From Clostridia bacterium (GTDB taxonomy: Bacteria > Bacillota > Clostridia > UBA1381): a DNA stretch of 64,000 nt. Below, piece after piece: positions 53,168 to 62,808 of the stretch (positions are counted from its first letter, which is position 1; the number at the start of each line of letters is the position of its first letter). The notes beneath the pieces were generated by a model, which was given only the letters and a program-made list of their open reading frames with translations, was not told the origin of the DNA and searched no databases. The stretch spans positions 33,585-97,584 of the forward strand of contig JAZNOH010000085.1 of assembly GCA_045580715.1 (NCBI GenBank), written 5' to 3'. Position numbers and translations under genes: made by a program.

Positions 53168-53377
53168 TTAACATTCAATACCAATAGAACTAATGTCTAT
53201 TTCTCCTGAGAAATGAATACCAAGTACTTCTTTCTGAATATATCTATTCCACAAATAACAAGTAACAAGTTCTTCTGTTACTTCGCATATAAAACCAATT
53301 GGTTTGCCATTAACAATAATAGGAACTTTTACTGCGCTTTGACCATATGAACCATCATTCTTGAAATATACTTCCAT
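53168..53377 (-). CDS. hypothetical protein
   Basis: 69-aa ORF behind the junction variant TTTTAAGTAGGTGAAAATATG. Confidence 0.6.
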   Translation of the reverse strand: MEVYFKNDGSYGQSAVKVPIIVNGKPIGFICEVTEELVTCYLWNRYIQKEVLGIHFSGEIDISSIGIEC

Positions 53378-53406
53378 ATTTTCACCTACTTAAAATCGTA
53401 ATTTTA

Positions 53407-54261
53407 TTATTCAAATTTTGTGTCTTCATCAACAATTGAATTGTCATTGATTTCAAATAACATCTTATCAGTAACTTTCATTCTAATATCTGAACGCTTT
53501 ACACCATCGCTCCACCAAGGAGAAGATAATCCAATATCAAAGTTTTCAGTTGAAACATATTCACCGTCATAAAACCATTCGCAACCTTTGTACTTGAACT
53601 TTGTATTTGGCTTTAGTGAATTAACATATGCTTTTTTGCCAATATAATTCGGTGCAATATCGTACTCAGGATGTTTTACAATAAAGTCATTATAAATATT
53701 TGGTGCAGCTTTCTTTAAATCTTGAAGCACTTCTGGTACAACTTTCTTCTGATAATCTTCGATAACACCACCCATCATTGCGTGTGGTTTATAAGAAAAA
53801 ATTGCATAAAGTAAAGCATCTGTAACTTCATTGAGAGGAATAAAAACATCACCAGAACAGAAACCTACTTCACTAATAAGATATCCGTCTACATCTCGTT
53901 TCCATTTTTCATCTGTTTCTCTTCTTTTGCGAACAAGAGTGAACTTTAAATTCATATAAAGATTATCGCCAATAACAGCAACTAGTTTCTTAGGATAATT
54001 TAACTTATTATAAACTTCATCGCTCTGATATTTATTTTTAAAGTCATAATACTTCATAGCCCTACTTGTATAACCTTTAATAATATTATTTCTACCAAAC
54101 TTACAAGTAGGTGCAAGAAAACTACGACATCTCAAACACTTGCCTTCTTTATAAAAAGTGCATTGTTCATACATATCACAATAAATTTCATCTGCTTCCA
54201 ATGGTGCTTCTCTACCACCAAAGATTCCTTTTCCACCATATAAATTTACATTTATCTTCAT
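53407..54261 (-). CDS. hypothetical protein
   Basis: 284-aa ORF behind the exact junction cassette. Confidence 0.7.
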   Translation of the reverse strand: MKINVNLYGGKGIFGGREAPLEADEIYCDMYEQCTFYKEGKCLRCRSFLAPTCKFGRNNIIKGYTSRAMKYYDFKNKYQSDEVYNKLNYPKKLVAVIGDNLYMNLKFTLVRKRRETDEKWKRDVDGYLISEVGFCSGDVFIPLNEVTDALLYAIFSYKPHAMMGGVIEDYQKKVVPEVLQDLKKAAPNIYNDFIVKHPEYDIAPNYIGKKAYVNSLKPNTKFKYKGCEWFYDGEYVSTENFDIGLSSPWWSDGVKRSDIRMKVTDKMLFEINDNSIVDEDTKFE

Positions 54262-54285
54262 AGTCTACCTCTTAAAATCACCATT

Positions 54286-54498
54286 TTATTTATCGTCTAA
54301 ATAGAAGAATTCTGTGTGAGAGCCGACATCAAACACCTTAAGACCCTCTTTATCACGCCAACTTCTTGTGTAATAGATTTTAAAGTTTCTATCATTACAG
54401 AACTTATGTATTTCTTTCATAGCATCCTCTTCGGTTGCTGGCTCAGCAACAATCCTTCTGTTGCCGTATGAATTTTCAAAATACAATATCATGCTCAA
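54286..54498 (-). CDS. hypothetical protein
   Basis: 70-aa ORF with a 4-nt overlap with the upstream gene. Confidence 0.6.
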   Translation of the reverse strand: MSMILYFENSYGNRRIVAEPATEEDAMKEIHKFCNDRNFKIYYTRSWRDKEGLKVFDVGSHTEFFYLDDK

Positions 54499-54722
54499 CC
54501 CTCAACCAAAACATACTTGCCATATATAGACTTTGTGCCATTTGAATCGACAAAGGGAATGTCTATAGTCTGTATCTTTATACCTCTATTTCTAAGCCTA
54601 AAAATAATATCGCTCAAACGAGTAGCCTTGTACAAATCAATGGCTTCTAAGCTCGTAATACAACCGTATGTATGCAGGTGCTCTAAGACCTTTTCTGTTT
54701 TATTCTTTTTCTTTTCACTCAT
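54495..54722 (-). CDS. winged-helix/HTH_39-like DNA-binding protein
   Basis: VLEHLHTYGCITSLEAIDLYKATRLSDIIFRLRNRGIKIQT...YGKYVL pattern. Confidence 0.45.
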   Translation of the reverse strand: MSEKKKNKTEKVLEHLHTYGCITSLEAIDLYKATRLSDIIFRLRNRGIKIQTIDIPFVDSNGTKSIYGKYVLVEG

Positions 54723-54726
54723 TTTT

Positions 54727-55806
54727 CTATCCTTCTTTTTTCAAACTTTCTTGATATTTGCGCTGTTCATTTCTATCGTAAACAATTCTGTTGTCAAACA
54801 AGAATTGATAATCTTTGTTACGCGCATCCATAGGCGCATCTTTGTGCTGCAAAATTCCCATAAAATCTTTTATATAAGATACTTTTCTAATGTTTTTAAA
54901 CTTATCACAGATAAATCTTACTTCGTTCACATCAACATCGTTATCTAATGCAATAACAACTTCCACATTAAGACCGATAAGAATTCGCACTTGCTCGTCT
55001 GATATGCTTTTACCTGAAAGAGCGACCACGGTACTATCGCCAAGACTATCTCTTTTTAAAACTGATTTCTCACTTTCTGCAACCACTACATATCCCGCTT
55101 TTTGAATGGCGTCATAGTTCTCATATAATCCATACAAGTTAAGATGTTTAGGATAAGTAGGAGTTATAAAGTATTTCTTGATATTAAACTCTTCATAGTT
55201 TTCGATTGTTGTTCTCTGATTGAAACCAAGTAATTCGCCAGTTGCCCAGTAACGAAGGGGCACCACAATTCTCCTATGTTTATATGAATATGAGAGCTTG
55301 AATTTTTTTCTCGTTCTTTCTGTGATACCCTCTTTTACCCAATCAATGTGAAGCATCGGAATGTAATCATCTAAAAGTTTGTCATCTAAAATATGAATAT
55401 CATCTACATTAACTACGCTTCTATTGCACCTTAATACTTTTTTAAAGACATTGAGAGGGTCGAACTTCTTTTGCGGCTTCCCTTCTCTTTTCTTAAATTC
55501 AAAAGGCAGACCAAGAATTTTATGTATATATTTAACCGCTTCAACAAACGACAGTTTCTTAATGGTTTCCACCAGAGTTATCAAATCTTGACCATCCTCG
55601 TAATCAATACCCCTTGAAAAACTACGATAGTTTAGGTGTTCATTATTGCGGATACAAACACCCATTGGGTTGTCACCATCTGGTTGGGTTGCGCTAACAT
55701 ACCCCTTTTGGTCATTGCGCTTAATTTCATGACAACCAAGTTGTTCGAGTATATATTCTATTTTGTTTTCGTTATAGATATATTCTTTTAATTCGTTAAT
55801 TGTCAT
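54727..55806 (-). CDS. DNA primase (Toprim domain)
   Basis: Toprim motifs VVVAESEKSVL and VIALDNDVD. Located directly downstream of the DnaB-like helicase. Confidence 0.7.
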   Translation of the reverse strand: MTINELKEYIYNENKIEYILEQLGCHEIKRNDQKGYVSATQPDGDNPMGVCIRNNEHLNYRSFSRGIDYEDGQDLITLVETIKKLSFVEAVKYIHKILGLPFEFKKREGKPQKKFDPLNVFKKVLRCNRSVVNVDDIHILDDKLLDDYIPMLHIDWVKEGITERTRKKFKLSYSYKHRRIVVPLRYWATGELLGFNQRTTIENYEEFNIKKYFITPTYPKHLNLYGLYENYDAIQKAGYVVVAESEKSVLKRDSLGDSTVVALSGKSISDEQVRILIGLNVEVVIALDNDVDVNEVRFICDKFKNIRKVSYIKDFMGILQHKDAPMDARNKDYQFLFDNRIVYDRNEQRKYQESLKKEG

Positions 55807-55837
55807 AATGTTTACCTTATAATTTTATTTATTTATA

Positions 55838-57322
55838 TTAGTAATCCATAATTACATTGCAATATCCCAAGTCTTTATAGTGATTGATGGAAAAATCTGC
55901 TTCGCTAACAATTTGTATATCACTTTGACCATGCCTATTCTTACTTATAAACCCAATCATATAATGTTTGTCTTTATTCAGTTTAAACTCAAGTCTACTA
56001 TTGCTATTCTTAATAGGATTGTAACAGTATAACTCGTCTTTGCCGCCTTCGAACTCGGTTTGCAAGGGTCTTCTAAAGAAGATGTTCAAGCTAAAAATAT
56101 CCAAGATGCCCTTGGAAATACCAATGTCGGCATTTGTAAGGTACTTACTCTTATTCTTTACGAGCTGATATGTAATTACCATACAAGTGTTAGTGTGCTT
56201 AATACAGTCATAAAAATCAACACAATCGGTCATTAAAGACTTCCAAGACTCTTTATCGCGGGAATCGTAACTTTCTTTAAGTGTATCTAAACATATAACA
56301 TCACAACCCATTTTCGTATACTTCTTAATAAGTTTAATAACCGTTCTTGCAGTATATTGTTCAAGTGGGATAATAGTAATATTGTGGTTTTCTTTTTGAT
56401 TTTCAAACCACTCGGCAGCCTTGTATAGAACTTCCTTGGTTTCCTTATCAAAATTGCCATCTCTAAGAACTCTCTTTGGAATTGGGTGCTTTAATATGTT
56501 TGAACAATACCAAACGATTGCTTCTTTTTTAAATTTGTTCTCATCTTCCTCATTGATGATAAACAATGCTTTTAGGTTGTATTTTATCATTGAAGGAAAG
56601 ATATAGTTGATGCTCAAGGTCGATTTACCTACACCCGAAGCCGCTCCAAATCCAATAATGTTACCGCCTAACATACCGCCAGTTTCTCTATTGAGAATGT
56701 CACAGTTGGCAAACGGAATACCTACATTCTTACCAGCATCTAATTCATCAATCAGATTTTTCATATCGGCAAAGCCGTTGTAAGATTTAATATTGTTATC
56801 AATGTTTGCAAAAATATCGTTTAAATAAACTGTATACTCATCATACAATTCTTCTGCCGACATATCGCATATCTCACTGAGCCTTGCTTTATCACAAGGA
56901 AATCCGTATTTGACCAGTCTAGCGACAACATTCCATTTTCTTAGGTCTCTGACATAACTATCAAAGTTCTCTTCTTTGATATAAGCGCCAGCATTCTCAA
57001 TGGTTTGATAACCGCCATATTCGTTATAGTATTTATCTGCTAACTTGGAATGTTTCTCCAAATACAAACCGATATCAACTTCAGAAAGTGTTGCCATTTT
57101 CTCATTGATAATCATATCGTATGCAATAGCAAAATATACTCGCCAACAGTTATTATGTATATCGTTAAGTTCCAAATTCGTTTCTCTAAGCAAATCTGGA
57201 TTTTTATATATCATCGAAACAATGGAAGCCTCTGCTCCTAATTTATATTCAAGGATTTGCCTTGCAGCCTCTGCTTGCTTCTGTTCGAATGGAGTTAGTT
57301 TATTAGTGTTCTTTTCTGCCAT
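55838..57322 (-). CDS. dnaB: replicative DNA helicase (DnaB-like)
   Basis: Walker A GAASGVGKST, Walker B-like ALFIINEED, RecA-like C-terminal domain, 494 aa. Confidence 0.8.
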   Translation of the reverse strand: MAEKNTNKLTPFEQKQAEAARQILEYKLGAEASIVSMIYKNPDLLRETNLELNDIHNNCWRVYFAIAYDMIINEKMATLSEVDIGLYLEKHSKLADKYYNEYGGYQTIENAGAYIKEENFDSYVRDLRKWNVVARLVKYGFPCDKARLSEICDMSAEELYDEYTVYLNDIFANIDNNIKSYNGFADMKNLIDELDAGKNVGIPFANCDILNRETGGMLGGNIIGFGAASGVGKSTLSINYIFPSMIKYNLKALFIINEEDENKFKKEAIVWYCSNILKHPIPKRVLRDGNFDKETKEVLYKAAEWFENQKENHNITIIPLEQYTARTVIKLIKKYTKMGCDVICLDTLKESYDSRDKESWKSLMTDCVDFYDCIKHTNTCMVITYQLVKNKSKYLTNADIGISKGILDIFSLNIFFRRPLQTEFEGGKDELYCYNPIKNSNSRLEFKLNKDKHYMIGFISKNRHGQSDIQIVSEADFSINHYKDLGYCNVIMDY

Positions 57323-57335
57323 CGTCTATCCCCAC

Positions 57336-57791
57336 TTACCATAGGTTAGAAAATTTATTTTCTTTCTTTTCTTTTGGTTTAAATTCTGCACCAATATGAG
57401 TAGGCACTTCTACCGCCGTGTTTCTCGCTTCTTCTTTTGCCTTTTGTGCGTTTTTCATCTTTATATACACAGTGTTAATGTTCTTTTCTACAATCTTCAA
57501 AACATAATTAAACTTGTGCATTTCATCTGCAAATCTATTAGTTCTTAATGCTTTGGATATCTCTGGTGAACAGAATTTGAATGTATTTAATATTGTTTCG
57601 TAAGAATAATTTGCGGTGCTTGTTATGTTGTTATTCTCTATAAACTTATTAGTCAATAAACCTTTGAGCCTGAGAACCATTGTACTTGATAAGGCTTGGT
57701 TTTCATCATAACCCATTATGTTAGATTTCACATAATAGTACAGGTCTTCCCACGCCGCCTTTTCTTCTTTAGTCATCTTTTTCTTCGCCAT
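57336..57791 (-). CDS. hypothetical protein (possible helicase loader/initiator by position only)
   Basis: 151-aa ORF immediately upstream of dnaB. No motif recognised. Confidence 0.55.
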   Translation of the reverse strand: MAKKKMTKEEKAAWEDLYYYVKSNIMGYDENQALSSTMVLRLKGLLTNKFIENNNITSTANYSYETILNTFKFCSPEISKALRTNRFADEMHKFNYVLKIVEKNINTVYIKMKNAQKAKEEARNTAVEVPTHIGAEFKPKEKKENKFSNLW

Positions 57792-57881
57792 ATTCTCACC
57801 TCAATTTCATTTTTATAAATTATACCTTTATACCCCTAAGACAAAATATCAAAGGGGTATAATTAGGTATAACTTTATTAA

Positions 57882-58994
57882 TTACTTACAAGCTGCAAGT
57901 ACTTTCTTTGCCACATCCAAGTCGTTAATTTCATTAGGATTATTAAATCCGTTTTTCTTGCAAATTTCAAGTACTGGCTTAATAACATCAACATTTGCTC
58001 TATTCTCAACAAAGAAATTTACAATCTCTGCTTTGATTTCATTGAGTTCCCTTTCAACACGAGCAGCCTTTTCTGCTTCGGCAATACGCCTGAGATTTTC
58101 GGCATCTTCCTTGTCGTTCTCTTTCTTACGGTCTTCTACAGAGGTGCCGTTCTTATTAATCTCAGCCTTAATTGCATCGGTAATTGCCGTAATAAATTCA
58201 TCTGCATCGAGATTGATTTCAGGAACGATGTTGGAGAATCTTGACCCAGAATCTACTACAAACGAATCGTCGCGGAACTTAATCTTTCTCGTTTCATCCT
58301 TAATGGTAGTCTTAATCTCTTCCTTCTTGGTGACAATATTCTTCTTACCCGTCTTCTCTTTTTGCAACTCTCTATCAAAATAAGCAAGGCAAAGGAAGTG
58401 CAAGTTCTTTTTCAAAGCATTAAAATAGTTTTGCTGCTGGTCAGAAGTAAGAACCTGATATGTTTCATCATTATAGATATTCTTTACTTCCTTAGTCTTT
58501 ACATGACCAATCCACCAAACTTTAACACCGACACTTTCAAGTCTATCAATTTGTTCAAACATTAAATCTATTACCTTCTGTCCAGAACCAAATCCACCCC
58601 AGCTTTGATTAAGCGTTTTAGCCCTCTTATCAGGATTATCTTTATTCCAAAGTCGGATTGCCTCGTCGATAGCCATTAAAATATACTGGTCGTATGTATC
58701 TACAAAAACAACTCTAAGGTCTGCGTAATCCGCAGTCTTATTGTCTACAATATCATCAACAAATTCTACCCAATCATCCCAAGTAGGAAGATTTTCTGCA
58801 ACGATTCCCTCGATTGCGTCAGCTCCTCGCTCTCTGAAAAGCTCGGCAAAGATATATCCGTCTTCGCCTACGAGTTTTTCAGCAACCTGATAAAGTAAGG
58901 TAGTTTTACCGATTTTAGGTTCACCCAACATCATAAGCGAATAATTAAAAGGGTCTACTTTTACTTGATTCTTTTTTCCAAACTTTCTTGCCAT
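57882..58994 (-). CDS. AAA_24/Sak4-like ATPase
   Basis: P-loop LGEPKIGKTTLL, Walker B VFVDTYD. Typical phage recombination and replication ATPase context. Confidence 0.7.
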   Translation of the reverse strand: MARKFGKKNQVKVDPFNYSLMMLGEPKIGKTTLLYQVAEKLVGEDGYIFAELFRERGADAIEGIVAENLPTWDDWVEFVDDIVDNKTADYADLRVVFVDTYDQYILMAIDEAIRLWNKDNPDKRAKTLNQSWGGFGSGQKVIDLMFEQIDRLESVGVKVWWIGHVKTKEVKNIYNDETYQVLTSDQQQNYFNALKKNLHFLCLAYFDRELQKEKTGKKNIVTKKEEIKTTIKDETRKIKFRDDSFVVDSGSRFSNIVPEINLDADEFITAITDAIKAEINKNGTSVEDRKKENDKEDAENLRRIAEAEKAARVERELNEIKAEIVNFFVENRANVDVIKPVLEICKKNGFNNPNEINDLDVAKKVLAACK

Positions 58995-59088
58995 TCTATC
59001 ATTCTCCCATTCTATCTTATTATTACCGCTAAGAGAGGAATAATTAAATCCCTCTCTTATATATAACCTTATATCTTATGTATTAGCA

Positions 59089-60282
59089 TCAAAGGTTGTT
59101 AAGCCAGCTCATGCTGTCGTCGTCATCGGAATCATCGTCCACATCAAAAGGAGGCTTGCTGTCCTTTGTATTAGACTTCTTATTGTCATACAGATAATCA
59201 AGTACAAGGTCTTCCTCTGTGTATCTTTCCTCAAATCTCTGAATGACGGGCACCTTATCGTCGCCTACGAGCTTAATCTGAGGCTTCTTCAGCACCATTC
59301 TACGCTCACGATTACCATTAGCGGTACACTTGGCACAAGCCTCCTCTTCAGTATAGACACCCGCTATAACTAAATCTTTAATGTCGTCAGGAAGGTCATC
59401 GAGAGTTACCGTTACAACGGCACCGCCTTCAATAAACTCACCTTCAAAGGTAATCTGAGTAATTCCCTTCTTAACCTTAAAGAGCTTATCCATAATCTTC
59501 TTGCAAGCAGCCTCATTAGAGAAGTCCATTGCAAACTCAAACCGCTTATCGTAGGGATACTGACCGCCCTTTTCTTCGCCCTTTGCGTTTACAAGTTTAA
59601 CACCGTTATATTCCTTAAGGAAATCAAGCACCTTTGCATCGACATACATAACGCCCTTGTCCTTGTCAATGTTCTTAAGGCTTGCAGAATCCTTATCAAT
59701 AAGAATAGTCTGAGTAAAGGTTGCCTTATAGTTAGCAGAGTCATCTACCTTAGAAAGCACGATGCTGGTAATATTTTTACGAACCTGAACATTATCATTA
59801 TAAGTAGAGTACTTAAGATTGCCCTTTACATTCACTACCATATCTTCGGTGAGATGCTCCTTGATATAAGCGATAGCATCATAAGCACTGAGGAATCGCT
59901 TATAAAAAGTTTTGCCCTCAGAAGTTTTCTCTAAGCCCACAGTTACAAATGAAAGACTGCCAATCTCTTCGAGCACATCGTCATTGTTTCTATCTTCCCA
60001 ATCGACGATTATCTGCTTTTCGAAATCATCAGAACCATCTTCCTTCTTGCCATGAGCATAAATCTTGTTCTCATTTTCTTCACTGTAGCCCCCCATAAGC
60101 TCAGAGTATACCGTACCGTACTTCTCTCCACAATCCACACCAAGATTCAAGCTGTTGTAAACCCAATTGCTGCGTTCACTACGCTCGTCGATTTTGTAAG
60201 TATAGTCTCCAATTACAGGACGACCAATGAGCATAAAATTCGACACCCAATCATTTTTTTGAATTACTTTCTTTGCACTCAT
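59089..60282 (-). CDS. putative ssDNA-binding protein (assignment by context and acidic C-terminal tail)
   Basis: 397-aa ORF between the HNH and AAA_24 genes. C-terminus DVDDDSDDDDSMSWLNNL resembles SSB-type acidic interaction tails. No canonical OB motif was verified. Confidence 0.35.
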   Translation of the reverse strand: MSAKKVIQKNDWVSNFMLIGRPVIGDYTYKIDERSERSNWVYNSLNLGVDCGEKYGTVYSELMGGYSEENENKIYAHGKKEDGSDDFEKQIIVDWEDRNNDDVLEEIGSLSFVTVGLEKTSEGKTFYKRFLSAYDAIAYIKEHLTEDMVVNVKGNLKYSTYNDNVQVRKNITSIVLSKVDDSANYKATFTQTILIDKDSASLKNIDKDKGVMYVDAKVLDFLKEYNGVKLVNAKGEEKGGQYPYDKRFEFAMDFSNEAACKKIMDKLFKVKKGITQITFEGEFIEGGAVVTVTLDDLPDDIKDLVIAGVYTEEEACAKCTANGNRERRMVLKKPQIKLVGDDKVPVIQRFEERYTEEDLVLDYLYDNKKSNTKDSKPPFDVDDDSDDDDSMSWLNNL

Positions 60283-60304
60283 ACATTTTTCTCCTTTTAT
60301 TATA

Positions 60305-61054
60305 TTAATTTATTTTATAATCCTTAGAATTATCATAACTCCATTCGCCAAAATATTTATCTTCGGCTTCTTTCCTTGCTTTTACAGCATCTTCGAATTT
60401 GTCAAACAGCCCCAAATGAATTTGTTTCTTATCAATAGCAATATAAGCAGCCCATTTGTCGGTTGCTTTATGCCGACCAACGCCGACAACTCCCGATGTG
60501 TTATTTTTCTGTTTGGCTTTATTCATTTGGTTTTGACTTCTTGTAGCAATTCTTAGATTAGATTTTCGATTATCAAATCTTGATAATTCACCGTTCTTGT
60601 GGTCTATATCATACCGCACATCATTCAAATTCATAACAATTCTATGAAGCGATACAATTTTAGATGATTCTGGAATATACGCTTTTATATATCCTTCGTC
60701 ACTAATAAACCAACAATAATCTTTAATCAAATCATAATCTTCTAAGTCAAAATAGAACTCTTCGCCTTTAGATGTATAACCTACTCCGTATTCTCCAGAC
60801 AAATCGTATGTATTATATCTTTTGTTTTTAGATTTATGATTACATTCTTGTGCATAACATCCACAAGACCTTGTACCATTTTCTTTGGTAAGATTACATC
60901 CGATAACGGTAACTTCATTCCCGCAATCACATTTGCATAACCATTTACTCTTTTGTTTACCACTTGGAAAGATATGATTTTCAACTCTTTTAATAACGGT
61001 TAATCGACCAAATCTTTGACCAGTCAATTCTAATGAGTTGTTTACTCTACCCAA
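60305..61054 (-). CDS. HNH endonuclease with AP2 DNA-binding domain (free-standing homing-endonuclease type)
   Basis: HNH_3-like DIDHKNGELSRFDNRKSNLRIATRSQNQMN and AP2-like SGVVGVGRHKATDKWAAYI...HLGLFDKFEDAVKARKEAE. Confidence 0.8.
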   Translation of the reverse strand: MGRVNNSLELTGQRFGRLTVIKRVENHIFPSGKQKSKWLCKCDCGNEVTVIGCNLTKENGTRSCGCYAQECNHKSKNKRYNTYDLSGEYGVGYTSKGEEFYFDLEDYDLIKDYCWFISDEGYIKAYIPESSKIVSLHRIVMNLNDVRYDIDHKNGELSRFDNRKSNLRIATRSQNQMNKAKQKNNTSGVVGVGRHKATDKWAAYIAIDKKQIHLGLFDKFEDAVKARKEAEDKYFGEWSYDNSKDYKIN

Positions 61055-61134
61055 TCAAATTACACCACCATCCATCTATAAAATCTATAACATTATTAGT
61101 TACAAATAATTGCAACACAAACAGCTACGATGTT

Positions 61135-61163
61135 ATTATACTACAATAATTTCAAATTGTCAA
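61135..61163 (-). promoter_or_regulatory. consensus SigA-type promoter P4
   Basis: Minus strand TTGACA-17 nt-TATAAT. Shares the ATTATTGT spacer end and the A/T-tract upstream element with P1-P3. Confidence 0.8.
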
Positions 61164-61191
61164 TAGTATTTTCAAAATTTTTTCAAAAAAT

Positions 61192-61617
61192 TTAATTCAA
61201 GTGGAATTCCACCACATACTCTACCGCTTCTTTAATGCTCTCACACATTCTATCACAGAAGCATTCTAACCACGGATGAAGTTTTTTATTGTCCCTGTTA
61301 ATTCCCACAATAGGAATCTTCATATCATAGGCAATCGCAAGTTCTGCACAGGTTCCCAGACTTGATGGGTCATTAAAATTGACGATTACTAAATCAGAAT
61401 GCCTTAACCCATTCAAATCAAACTGCATTACTTCTCTCTGAGTTTTGTATCGCACTTCTTCAAAGTCAAAGTAATTAACGGGGTTAAAGAATACAGGCTT
61501 CTTTTCGCAATCATAATTAAAGTTAATTGCATCTATTACCTGCTGCCGCCATTTAGACCGCTCTTCGTAAGATAATGCGCCCATACCTCCACTAAGGTAT
61601 ATACGAACCTTCTCCAT
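61192..61617 (-). CDS. nucleoside 2-deoxyribosyltransferase-like protein
   Basis: RIYLSGGM... and DLVIVNF...GTCAELAIAYDMKIPIVGI pattern. The ATG at 61617 lies 8 nt after GGAAGGAG (the ORF track starts at a GTG at 61635). Confidence 0.55.
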   Translation of the reverse strand: MEKVRIYLSGGMGALSYEERSKWRQQVIDAINFNYDCEKKPVFFNPVNYFDFEEVRYKTQREVMQFDLNGLRHSDLVIVNFNDPSSLGTCAELAIAYDMKIPIVGINRDNKKLHPWLECFCDRMCESIKEAVEYVVEFHLN

Positions 61618-61649
61618 ATGTTCATCTCCTTCCACTTAAAATTGCCATT

Positions 61650-62489
61650 TTATAACTGCATTTTTGCAGCTTGAACACAGTTCTTCATTAACATACTGAC
61701 AGTCATTGCGCCAACCCCTCTAGGTACGGGTGTAATAGCAGATACAATGTCTTTTACATCCTCAAAGTCAACATCGCCACACAGAGTACCATCTTCCTGA
61801 CGATGAATGCCGACATCAATAACAACCGTATTCGGACTAATGTATTCTCTGTTAAAGAATTTCGGCTTGCCGATTGCACAAACAAGGATATCTGCTTCTC
61901 TGCAAATCTGCTTTAATCCTCTTGTTTTTGAATGGCATATCGTGACCGTACCATTATGACGAAGCAACTCTATTGCGGTAGGTTTACCAACGATATTACT
62001 TCTTCCTACAACAACGCAATTCTGCCCTTCAATTTTGATATTGTTTGCTTTTAGCAATTCAATAATGCCCTTTGCCGTACAAGGCACAAATGTTTCTTTG
62101 CCAATTGTTAACTTTCCAACATTTGATTCGTGGAAACCATCAACATCCTTTTCTGGAGCAATCGCTTGAAGTACTTTGTGTTCGTCAATATGACTTGGCA
62201 GGGGTAGCTGTACCAAAATGCCATTAATATTCTTATCTTTATTCAGCCTTTCGATAGTTTGAATTAATCTATCTTCTGACACCTCGCCAAATAGAAATGT
62301 AGTCGTTGTAATACCTACATATTTGCAAGCATTCTCTTTGTTCCTAACATATGTAGACGAAGCGGCATTGTTGCCAACTTGTATTACGGCAAGACGCACA
62401 CTTTGACCATTCACAGCCATCTCTTTGACCGTTTCTTTTACTTCATCTTTTACTTTGTCTGCAAGTTCTTTCCCATTTAATAGTTTCAT
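61650..62489 (-). CDS. folD: bifunctional methylenetetrahydrofolate dehydrogenase/cyclohydrolase
   Basis: VIQVGNNAASSTYVRNK, GILVQLPLP, DVDGFH, VVVGRSNIVGKP, TPVPRGVGAMT. The ATG at 62489 lies behind AAGGAAG. Confidence 0.88.
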   Translation of the reverse strand: MKLLNGKELADKVKDEVKETVKEMAVNGQSVRLAVIQVGNNAASSTYVRNKENACKYVGITTTTFLFGEVSEDRLIQTIERLNKDKNINGILVQLPLPSHIDEHKVLQAIAPEKDVDGFHESNVGKLTIGKETFVPCTAKGIIELLKANNIKIEGQNCVVVGRSNIVGKPTAIELLRHNGTVTICHSKTRGLKQICREADILVCAIGKPKFFNREYISPNTVVIDVGIHRQEDGTLCGDVDFEDVKDIVSAITPVPRGVGAMTVSMLMKNCVQAAKMQL

Positions 62490-62499
62490 TTTTTCTTCC

Positions 62500-62808
62500 T
62501 TACATATAATTATATCCAAGACTTTCGTGCTGTCTTGCCAAGTCAATCAGGTAAGACGGAGGATTTCTGCCAGAGCCATAATAATATCTCTTAATTTGAT
62601 TTTCTCTCGCTATCAACTTGGTCACAAGTTTACCACTCAAGAGATTATACACAATAATAATCCCGTTGTTTGTTATACAATGACGCTCCGCTCCGTGCGG
62701 ATGACCTTTATCAACAATAAATTCGTCAACCATATAACCGTACTTAAAGTGTTCATCAATGAACTTTTCTCGTTCACTTCTTTGACTCTGATAATGCTTG
62801 CTTACCAT
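62500..62808 (-). CDS. hypothetical protein
   Basis: ATG at 62808 (MVSKHYQ...) behind AGAGGAAAAG. It overlaps the end of the YopX-like gene by 35 nt. The start is uncertain. Confidence 0.5.
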   Translation of the reverse strand: MVSKHYQSQRSEREKFIDEHFKYGYMVDEFIVDKGHPHGAERHCITNNGIIIVYNLLSGKLVTKLIARENQIKRYYYGSGRNPPSYLIDLARQHESLGYNYM

